64,000 nt of DNA. It comes from Neoechinorhynchus agilis (lineage: Eukaryota > Animalia > Acanthocephala). The position numbers and the translations under genes were made by a program. Shown here one piece after another: positions 10,531 to 20,942 of the stretch. How positions within the stretch are numbered: position 1 is the first letter of the stretch; the number at the start of each line of letters is the position of its first letter. The notes under the pieces were generated by a model that saw only the letters and a list, made by a program, of their open reading frames with translations, ran no database searches and was not told where the DNA came from. The stretch spans positions 17,524,784-17,588,783 of the forward strand of contig CM121341.1 in NCBI GenBank assembly GCA_051530055.1. Reading direction: 5' to 3'.

Positions 10531-13500
10531 TTCGCATGTTTGATTATTTTTTCAGATTGTTCATTCGTGAGTGTAATTATAAAATCGCGAATCCTGTGCA
10601 GTATTTCTTGTATGATTTGAAGTGAATGAAGGCTGTTGATCTTAACCAATACTTTTAAAGCATATTTTGGTCTTGAGTTTCTAATCCGGTACTTACCCAT
10701 CATGTAGAAAATCGTGCCAAATACATCAACGCTAATGCTTGCCGATACGATTGCGAAGTAAACTTAATTTTCTATGCAAATACTATTTTATCGCTTATTT
10801 AATTTTTTTGCTTCATTTCAGCCTGACGTGAAAAGTTCTTTAGTTCACTTGGCAGCTGAGAACTCTCGACCTATGACAGTTACAATTGTTTAAATATGTA
10901 TTTAATAGTTCCATAGTTGACTGGCATTTCCATCTTTGCTCTTATTTCTGCACCAATCGGTACAATTGGATATCTGTCAATGTACGAAGCGTTCTCATTA
11001 ATTGCAAAAGTATATATTTTTGTCAACGAACAAATTTCCTTTGGTATTCAAACTAAATTTGAAGCACAAAACTTATCGTCATTAAGCAGTAAAGTGGACC
11101 AAAGGTTCATTGGCCAGCGCCACGTGGTATTGAGAATAAGCGTTATTATTCAAAGGATACGTTCTAAAATATTTAAAATGTGCCATTTGTTATTTTGCGC
11201 GTGGAAACGTTGATAATGTTACTGATTTTTTAAGAATTTTAACATTCTTGCATCCATAAGAAGTCATAAAGAAGTTTTTTAACGTACCAAAGGATTTCAC
11301 GCTTTCAAAAATGAGGGATTATGTTTGAAAGTTCTTTATATCTTAAGCAGATAGATACATATATAAAATAAAAACCTCAGGAATCACTTGTCCTATGCTC
11401 GGATCTTCTATGCAAATAATATAAGAAAAGAGAGGATAAAAAGTATCATGAGTGTTGAGTTATTTCAATATTTTTGTTTTTGTAACTCGCCAAGGTGATT
11501 TTAAACATTAAAATCGTTTTTGACAATGGTCAAACAAAATCGCATGAAAAATTCTAAATGTAGCGAAATCGCCATTATGAAGTGCGCAGTTACAAAACGT
11601 TTCTACTTGAGAATGTGAAACGTTATTAGCGGGAATTCATCTCGTATTCTCTTCAATGTTATTCTTTGACTACACAGCTTCATAGAGATATGATTAAACC
11701 CATATCGTGTTTATCCGTACGCAGTGAACCCTTTCGGTTTGTCGAAAATTAATCCGAACCCGTATCACGTTCCTGGTTGATATTCAAGATAAGCAAAGCG
11801 CGATAAATATTTTAACGGCGTTTACCTTTTGTTTGCTGTATTTCCCCGCTTAAAAACTCAAACTTTTTTTCAGTCTATGTGTGGTCTTTTTCACGGCTGA
11901 TAATTTTCCTTGGGCTGTGTGCAGGAGTATTATCAGGTGCGAAAAGGAAACACATAGGCACTAAATAGAAGCTACTGGCCAGACTTCAAAAAAATCAAAT
12001 TTTTCAGACAGTAATATCATTTAAATTTTTTCAACTATTCCAATGCAAACGAAATTATAATTAAAAATGTAGTAGTTTAGTAGCACATTTTAAGGCAATA
12101 GATGAATTTTTGAAATAACACATCTCTTATTTGTAGATTCCCGACAAAATTACTAAATCGCTTACTCAAAAGCGGCTTTGGAATACAATTAAACTCTCTC
12201 GTACTTTGATTGCACTTTTTTTATTCACGAGACAAGTTCAAACCTTCACAAATTGTATAATCAAAAAAAAGAATTAATTTAAAAAGATGCTGTCATTTTT
12301 ACAGTGGTCATTCGCGATAGAAAGTATGAAGTGCAAAAGCATTTATTCCAAAAGGCGCAGTTTATTATTGGCGAAACAAGGGATAAAACTTTAGGTAATT
12401 AAATTTCATGTTTTTAATAAACCGCAATTAAAACTGATTTTTGCGTAATTTTTCTTTCTATATTCCACGGTTTTTTTGTTCATAAAACGTAAGATGCGCA
12501 AAGATCAAAAATAGATTTCCGAAAAAAATCAAGTTGTTAAACATAATGAATATTTACTATACGCCGCCGATTTATTCGAACGATGTATCATGATCAAATA
12601 AAATTAAGGTAATTTAATTTTCAAATTTAAATGCCCTTTCATTAAAGCCGGCTTCCGGTTCAAAGGTAAACGGTTTGTTGGAAGTTCTCATCGAAATGTC
12701 ATCTCGCGGCTGATTAAAATTCAATTCAATATTTTAATTAATCTTTTGATCTATTTTTCATATTGCGCAACCAGCAATAAATTGTTAAAACGTGAACTAT
12801 CAAATCAATCTATAAAAATCATAATGTCCACGAATATCAATTCTATCCCGGAAAATAACTGGCTATAATTTTTATGACCATTTAAAATTTTTACATTAAG
12901 TGAAAATCTGTGCTTCTAACAGTCAACAAAATCACACATTTTTTTAAATTAACGCCCTTACGGCGATGATACCATCAAATCTAAGATATCAATCGTTCAA
13001 TGGATCTTAATTGGAGAAATTTTCCTTGGGGGTAGCGATAATAAGGAAAAAGGTAATAAATCGGCTTGGAAATGACACCTTAATTTTTCTTTGATAGCAA
13101 AATCTCAAATAACAACACAATTTAAACGAAGTTAAAAAAGGATCCCTCGTATAATCATAAAGATATGTTTTGCTAGCGAATTAAGGACAACTGGAATAAT
13201 AGCATTACCTTTCATCCGGAAATTATAACCGTTCATAACGATTACCTGTTACAGTTCAACGCATTTTACCTTCAAAAATAGAATAGGGCGTATTTTTCGT
13301 GTCAATCGAGGATCAATAGATGATTACTTAATGGCCCTATAGGTTAACACAACTTTCCTGTCTTATTCCTCGAGGAACAATGCAAAATGATAGTCTTGAT
13401 TATATGCCAAAGATATCATTCAATGTTCACACATCATTCGGTGCTTGACGAAGCATCCATAATGGATAGGCGTTTCAATGCTAAAAAGATTAGATAATTG

Positions 13501-13750
13501 ACGTTAAATATGTACCTGGAAAGCTAAAAACCACACTTAGATACTCTCATAATCTTAATACGTCGCTTGCCTCAATTCACCGGAAATACCATTTTTATCA
13601 CCTTTTTAGAGTTAGGCTTAATTACCTTTTTCTCTTCGTGTTTGCATTCTGATTGGCTACAGCAAACGCATACCGATTTACGAGCGTAGCACTACGAAGT
13701 ACTTAGTATTTTTTAGAATCACGAGCAAACGCACAGAGTCAATAAGTATT

Positions 13751-14446
13751 ATGAATCTTCGATCTGCAAATACTATGGATCTCGACTCATCTCAAAAGCT
13801 ATTTCGCCTTGTCGTAGAACATGGAATGTCACGACAAAGCAGGAAACGAGTCTTACGAGATTCATCGGGAACAAATAATGAGTCACAAATTAAGGATGAA
13901 CTTCAACCCCCGAGAAAACTAAATCGCCGCCAAAGAATGTCTTTGTCTGTCATACCTCCACCAGAATATATTTCTCAGATGTTTAAATCCAAGGACAATA
14001 TAGTAGATTGTTCAACTCAACAACCAAAGAAAAGAATGCGCAGTGAATTGAAGAAAAACCGAACGAAAATGATCGATAGATACAACAAAGAAAATTTTGG
14101 AACTAATGAAAGGAAAACAAAACGCAAAGTTGGTGCCAAAATTCTTTCTTCAAGTTCTTATAATTCAATGTCAGACAAAAGAGTTCGAAAATCATGCTCA
14201 GAACAAATTGACTTTAATCTTCTTGGAACTCTACACGCGGACCGCGATTATCGATGCTGGAAGTGCCCAAAATGCAAAAGAAGATCTCTGGAGGACATTG
14301 AATATCAAAGAGGACAATGTGGATATAAATCTTGTGGACATACTTACTGTACACTCTGCTTCTCGGATTATCATCCGTGCTCGCCGTGCATTCAACCATT
14401 CCAAACTAAAAAAACTTCATCAAAAGGAAGGCTAAGAAGATGTTGA
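13751..14446 (+). CDS. Emi1/Rca1 (FBXO5/FBXO43)-like protein with C-terminal zinc-binding region
   Basis: 231 aa ORF; CPKC..CGYKSCGHTYCTLCFSDYHPCSPC followed by KKTSSKGRLRRC, resembling the ZBR plus RL tail; no F-box seen. Confidence 0.65.
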   Translation: MNLRSANTMDLDSSQKLFRLVVEHGMSRQSRKRVLRDSSGTNNESQIKDELQPPRKLNRRQRMSLSVIPPPEYISQMFKSKDNIVDCSTQQPKKRMRSELKKNRTKMIDRYNKENFGTNERKTKRKVGAKILSSSSYNSMSDKRVRKSCSEQIDFNLLGTLHADRDYRCWKCPKCKRRSLEDIEYQRGQCGYKSCGHTYCTLCFSDYHPCSPCIQPFQTKKTSSKGRLRRC

Positions 14447-15558
14447 TAAAGTTTAAATTTAATTTGTACAATACTCTTAGCTAACAACAATTAGTTAAAA
14501 AATCCTTTTATGTTTTAAAGCTAAAAAATATTACAATATTTCATTGAATACTTCTGTTATAATTAAGTCAATCTCTAAAAGAAAATCTCCGACTGCCACT
14601 TGGAAGAGGAGTTAGGCAATAAAACCAATGATATGATTTCCAATAGTACTTAATACTGAAAATATTGGCAGCCTATTGATGCCGTAATATAATATTCCAC
14701 TCATATCTCAAGTGACAAGTAAACGTAGTTTCCCATGGGCATAATCAATGTCGATTCGCACATCAGAGTTAATTATATATTTTTCTTAATGAAGATTTTA
14801 ACCGAATCTAAATGTTTAAAATCATTATGTAATTCCGGTTTCTTGGCACCAATTATCGACTTTTTGCTAGATCATGAATTTTTTGAGTGAAAAAAATATT
14901 TAACATAAATCATCGACAAGCTTGTAAGTTTTAAAGAATTACATAATCCATAAAGCATCAAGGTAATTTTCTTCGTATACTTAAACTGCAAACTTCTTTT
15001 TTTTCTAATTAAATTAAATTGTTAAAAGTGCAGAAGTTATCTTTTATAAAACGCAAATGGTAATGGATGATCATTTCTATGTTCTTCGCAGGTTTTTTGA
15101 GGTTTCAAGCAACAAATTCTAAACAAAGATTTCTTTCACTTATCCACATTTTTTCGTCGGGTAATAACAATCTTGAAGGAACCAAAGAATGCGATCTAGA
15201 AGCACTTTTCATAACTTTTAATGCATTACAAAATTTGTAACCATAAGAAACAGCGCTTAATCTTTCGGTTAAAATTCTAATGTATTTAGAAGCGAAATCA
15301 ACTTTGGGGAAAAATATTTAGATCAATTCTAATTACGAAAATCTCAACCGTAGAGATTGGCTTCACGTAATAAAGAACAAATTGCCTGGTGACACGAGAA
15401 ACAACTTTATTCATCAATATTGAAACTTACGAGTTCTATTAGATTGAGAAACGACAATTAAAATACTTGAATAATTCCTTAGAAGTCAATGGACTTCACC
15501 GCATAATTAGCGTTCCATAAATCGAACAATCTTACTATTTAAGAGATGTTAAAGAAAA

Positions 15559-15625
15559 GTATACTTTTGCTGAACCTATTTGATTTATTTGAGATATTTC
15601 GAACGAAGTAACCTAATCAGTCATG
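15559..15625 (-). repeat. degenerate copy of the 53727 hammerhead-hairpin family
   Basis: gtatacttttg.tgaac..atttgagatatttcg shared with 53727; core CTGATTA (G8 lost) and stem II collapsed. Confidence 0.55.
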
Positions 15626-16094
15626 TAAAAATATGTTTTTCACCTTAGGGTTTTGTGCTGGAGTGCGCGGCATCACCAAATCCGAAATTCGGGGGTCTCC
15701 ATGATTTTAGCATTGATTTTTAACACGTCACTGGCTGGAAGTTTCAAGCTAAAATTCACATTGATTAACCCGAAGGATTTTCTATCGATTATTAAAGAAA
15801 ACAAACTCGATGAAAATCTTTACAATAGGACAGGATAAGGAAAAAATAGGCACAACACTACAATAAATCGATTTGATGCATAGAAAAGATCAATATAAAG
15901 TTCTATGAAATGCTGCAATCTTATACACTTTTGCAGGCGGAGATTCTTACATTAAAAAAATTTAAATAATTACGAAACCGTTTTTCGCAATCTTAATAGC
16001 GAGAAAATTTTGAACGAATCACAGAACCCAAAAAAATAACGAAAGAACTGCTCAATGGTACAATTTCATTCAAATACCTTTATTATTCATCCAA

Positions 16095-16481
16095 ATGTTT
16101 CGCCTATTCTACTCGCGAACTATTCGGTTTGCTGGTTTTTTTCCAAAATCCACTACTTTTATTCGATCGTCATTTTCGAGTGTACCAGCAGCGAATAACA
16201 CAGACCAGCACCGTCGATTGGTTTACCAGAGTCATAAAAGAGGGATTCTCGAGACTTGTATTCTCCTGGGCTCATTCGCTGACGAGAAACTGTATTGTTT
16301 AAATTCTAAGGAATTAAACGAGTACGATGAACTGATCAACGATGGCGATCTGTGTGAATGGGATCTTTATTATTGGCTGGCAGGTGAATCCGAGGAGAAA
16401 CCGGTTTGTATTGGTCCAAATATTGAACCAGTGCTAAAAGCATTTGTCGACGCCAAACGGCAACGAACAAAGATCTCTTAA
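16095..16481 (+). CDS. SDHAF2: succinate dehydrogenase assembly factor 2, mitochondrial
   Basis: transit-like N-terminus; RRLVYQSHKRGILETCILLGSFA..LNEYDELIN..EWDLYYW (Sdh5 motif). Confidence 0.93.
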   Translation: MFRLFYSRTIRFAGFFPKSTTFIRSSFSSVPAANNTDQHRRLVYQSHKRGILETCILLGSFADEKLYCLNSKELNEYDELINDGDLCEWDLYYWLAGESEEKPVCIGPNIEPVLKAFVDAKRQRTKIS

Positions 16482-17203
16482 ACTCATAAAATATTAATTG
16501 GACGAATAAAAAATTAAAAATTCTCATGAACTGAGAACAATCTGGTTATGAAGTCATTATTTAGTGCTTATTTAGGTTTGTATGGGAATGATAGATAACC
16601 GTTCTCATGTAAGAAACGATCCACACAAATCCATTTTTAATTAAAAAAGCGCACATATATTTTGGAAAAGTAATCGATAAGCTGGGAACGGAGGAACATC
16701 TTTATCCTCCATTACCTCGAGGATCCAGCATTCCTTTTTTTTAATGAGGTTAAAAATTCTACGGCGTTTGGTTCGGCGGCGGCGGAAAGTGTACAACGAC
16801 GGATCGAGGCAATTCGGATTTCTTATATTTTCGGTGCCTTTTCACTTCTTCACCAGTTAATGAAAGGACAAGTAGCTCCACTCGCAATCGTCAAGTTTTA
16901 TTCTCTCGAGGCTATGGATCGATACAACTCTTCTTTCATAAAGGACTCATTAGTTGATTCTTTTTTTCGTACTTTAGAATGACGAGAATTTTTTCTCATT
17001 TGATCAAACACAAATTTAGTTGAATAATTCAGATTCGAACGTTATCACTCAGCGCTATTGACTTAAGAATCTATATCGGATCAAGGCTTTAAGACTTATT
17101 TTGCACTAGTATTTGACTCAATCCACACGCGCCATACAGCATGAATACTTTCTTGAAGTCAGTTAAAAAGGAGAGAGAGTCACAAAAAAAGCGAGCTTTT
17201 TGA

Positions 17204-17854
17204 ATGAACTCTTTATTAAGACTATACTACTTTGACGGTCCAGGACGAGGCGATCTAATCAGAATAATGCTTCATTATGGGGCACAAAAGTTCGATGATT
17301 TTTTAATAACAGAAGATATGTGGATGGAGTTGAAAGATCAAATGCCACTTGGTCTCGTACCGGTTATTGAATTAAATCAAAATCAAATGATACCAGAAAC
17401 GGGAGCGATTGTGAGATTTCTGGCTCGTAAGCTGAAACTTGATGGCCACACACCAATAAATTCAGCGCGATGCGATGCAGTCTTTACTTTGATGATAAAA
17501 AGTTCAATAAAAGCGGTCATGGCTGTTAATGACAGAAGTGGAGATCGAAAGGCGATATTTAATAACTTTCTAAATTACGATTTACCGGATTTGGTTGCAA
17601 CTTTTAAAAGTCTTGCCGTAAAGTACGGTAAAGACGGATACGTTATTGGCGATACGATTACCTACGTCGATTTTGCGATTTATGTATTTGCGTCCCTTTT
17701 GAGTTTATTGATCCAACGTCCTTGCATTAACGATGAATTCATCGAAGAGAACAAACGAAAAATTGAGAGCCTTCCACAACTTGTGGAATATTTCAAAAAT
17801 CGACCAAGTGACGATGAACTGTTCGAAAAACTTATTGCCATTTTGGAAGGATAA
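17204..17854 (+). CDS. glutathione S-transferase, sigma-like
   Basis: LYYFDGPGRGDLIRIMLHY, MPLGLVPVIE, ETGAIVRFLARK, GDTITYVDFAIY. Confidence 0.9.
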   Translation: MNSLLRLYYFDGPGRGDLIRIMLHYGAQKFDDFLITEDMWMELKDQMPLGLVPVIELNQNQMIPETGAIVRFLARKLKLDGHTPINSARCDAVFTLMIKSSIKAVMAVNDRSGDRKAIFNNFLNYDLPDLVATFKSLAVKYGKDGYVIGDTITYVDFAIYVFASLLSLLIQRPCINDEFIEENKRKIESLPQLVEYFKNRPSDDELFEKLIAILEG

Positions 17855-19034
17855 TTTGACGGTACACCGTTCATTTGGTACGTCGTTTTTTAATCGTAAC
17901 CGGAGAAAAGAATAATTTTATCTTGGTTTTGAAATGGAATTTATTCTTTGCATGATTACAAAAGGTTTACATTAAACAGATTGAAAAAATCGTAGAACTT
18001 GAAACATCTTAAGAGCAATTCAAAGAATTTAACAATGACAATATCACGAGTTTTTAATAAATCAATGTGTTGAACATTGAAATAGATAAATTGATGAAGC
18101 ATCCGAATGTTCAAGAATCCAAATGGGTATACGATTAAATTTTTTATTAAAGACGTTCTACGAACTTCCCCGGTTCATCTTCAGTTTGTTAGTTATTATG
18201 TTCAAGAATCAAAATATCGATATTTTTCGCTTTATATCCTTAATTTTTCAATAAACACATAGAATATATCATTTTGACCGAATTTAACTGTCCTCTAAAC
18301 CTTTTGGCTTTATTCATAAAAATCAAACTGCCGTTCGTGCACCGTCAATCTTAGATGACGTTAACGATTCCAAAATTGCATCTTGATTCTTCCAAGGAAA
18401 TCTAAGCGTTCTACATTCATTTCAACATTGAACGAGTATCCGCGTTATTTTTGTATTTCTCGTATTTTAATGAAACACTCTAAATTTGAATGAGTTCATC
18501 TGATTTTCGGACTTTGTATTTGTTCGGACAATCGTCAATTTTGCACCATTCAAAAAGTGCAGTCTTCATTTTGAACTCCTCTTGACAATCTTACAGATTT
18601 CAATATCTTCAAGCCCTAAAATTGCATAATTTTGCTAAGCTCAGGACAAGCGGTTGGTAATCTGCGATTTGCTGCTTCACTCAGCAACTTAGTAACTAGA
18701 CCTGAAGTTTTATGGATCAGCTTAACAACAATACTTTGTAATTATGTTCGAAATTAACAGAACTCTTTCTTTTAAGAAAAACCCGAATTCTTTGCTATCA
18801 TGAACGCATGGTCCTTTTACACGTATTATTTTGGTGTTCAATTCTAAAAAAGTCGGTTCAAGCATGAAGTATATTTAAAAAATCGTTACTGAAGAAAATT
18901 CGTACTGTCATTTTGTGAGTACTAAAACATGAAAAATATTCGTTTTGCACCCGGCGGCATAGGAATTAGTAGTCCAAAAATGTACAACGTTTCTACTTTT
19001 TTCTCTTAGTTTTAAAGTTCTCAAAGTCGATTTA

Positions 19035-20685
19035 ATGCTTTCTTCTCAAGTTTCAGACTTCATGGAACCTCGTGAAGAGTCGCCTACATTTGAAGGATTT
19101 ATGTCTGCTGCGGATATAATCAAGTTCCCGCTCTCCCATGGTTTTGAACCGAATGAGATACTTAACGCAACGATTCAACGGACAACTGGCACATGTCTTA
19201 TACCCGGTTCAATTTTTCCATTTCTTGTGTCGATTAATCGTTCCAACATTGAGTATCTTATTTGTGATAGACCTCGTTTTGTGGCATTTGTATACGAAGA
19301 CATGAGTTCTGTATCGATTATGCGATATGGTGGACTGGCGGAGGTCTTGGGTAAGGCATACAGAAGCGTTGGCGGCCTAGTGCAGTACATTTTGGTCGTG
19401 GCAAGGATCAAATGTCTGTTTGAGAACGCTGAACCTGAGAATTGGGTTCCCGCGAACTTATATTCCCAAGCTAGGTAACACTAGAATGCCATTTTGAAGG
19501 GATCGTGCGTAATTATTTGCAAAAAACATATTTGCTATGTACTCCAATCCCAAGTTTAAATTTGTTTAATTTATGGATTTCAATTTTCCCCCTCCCGCAG
19601 AATAATCAAAGGAATTTATTAAATCCGATATTTCGGTACAATATCGTGCCTTTACGAATAAAAGACTACTAATATTGTGCACAAATATCGGATTCAATAA
19701 ATTCCTTTAATTTCCCCCCTATTTAAAATTGAATTCGCTGTACAGAAATGGCATTCACTCTTTCGATGCCAATATTAGAATTATTGATCACCGAGTAAGT
19801 TTTAGTTCATTAATAGCTGAGACTTGTCAGAAAGCAGGATATGGAGATCTTTATTGGGAGGAAGTACAACGAGGCGCTATAAGAAAGTCATACGAAATTT
19901 ATTCGTCGATGACAGGAATGCCGATCCATATAGCGGCAAGACTCGATCCGCTTCCTTTAGCTAAAATATCCCTTGAACGAACTTACACCTTATTTCCTAT
20001 ACTAAAAAAACTCGATCCTCCACATGACGATCCAAACGAGATTCTATTTTTCGTTTTGAGGAACGTCCCTTTAAACAGTCGAGAAGCATTCATGATCCTT
20101 CATAATAAAAATACCGTCTACAATAAGCTTGTAGTACTAAATGAGTTTTTGTCTAACGCCCAACAACTCAGTGAAGAAGAAGGTGCCACTGATGTAGCGA
20201 TCATCAAGTGCCATCGATGTGGTGGTCGCATAGAAACGGCTGATGTAATCATTCGTCTAAAGTACAATCCGAATGATGATAATGCAAATAGACCTGTGTA
20301 TATGCACCAAAACCCTCTTCATGCGATGCTCGATGATGGATTAATGCTAAAGTTCGTAAATCCACAGGGAGTTACTTTTGAATGTCTAATATGTGATTGT
20401 ATAAATGATGTGCAGACAGAACAGCAAATGTACGACAGTTTTAGTTGGTTTCCTGGCTATTCATGGAGTGTAATTTGGTGCGAAAGTTGTTTAGCTCATT
20501 TGGGATGGGGATTTAGGATTAGACAGCAATATAAGGAACAAGCTGTAGCGTTTGATGATCCGTTGGAGTTTGTAGCTTTTGACAGACGCAGAATTACGAT
20601 CACGGAAGAGGATGATAGAGTCAGTCAATTTTGGGAAGAAGGCAGATTGAATGTCACGTTTGTTAATAGAAGAACGGCTACGTAG
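19035..20685 (+). CDS. CRBN: cereblon-like protein (LON N-terminal region plus CULT domain); 2 exons, GT-AG intron ~19476-19749
   Basis: CHRC, FVNPQG, SWFPGYSW, CESCLAHLGWGF; splice ag|gtaaca..gtacag|a joins the two ORFs in frame. Confidence 0.85.
19608..19708. mobile_element. MITE-like hairpin (37 bp imperfect TIR) in the cereblon intron
   Basis: aaaggaatttattaaatccgatatttcggtacaatat versus the reverse complement of atattgtgcacaaatatcggattcaataaattccttt. Confidence 0.75.
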
Positions 20686-20895
20686 CAATTTTGAAAATAA
20701 AATCACTCTTTATGAACAAAGATCAGCTTATGAAATAAACCCTAATTTCATCAACGCTTGTAAAGGAGGCTTCGTCATTTGAAAACCCTGAAATAGAAAG
20801 ATCGTTTTATTTCTCAAGTCAGCGCTGATCATAAAAGTACGTTTCAACAGTACAGCATTAAATTGTGTTAAAAATGCGCAGTCATTATAATAGCA

Positions 20896-20909
20896 GTTAC
20901 TATGGAAAC
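20896..20909 (+). promoter_or_regulatory. candidate RFX X-box upstream of PGK
   Basis: GTTACTATGGAAAC fits GTHNYYATRRNAAC and ends 33 nt before the ATG. Confidence 0.5.
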
Positions 20910-20942
20910 AAAAGTACGGCTACCTGATCAATATCACTAAAG

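Noticed and set aside
12138-13150. possible BTB/kelch gene (KYEVQKHLF, LLYAADLF)
   Set aside because: Could not assemble a consistent spliced frame; motifs too short
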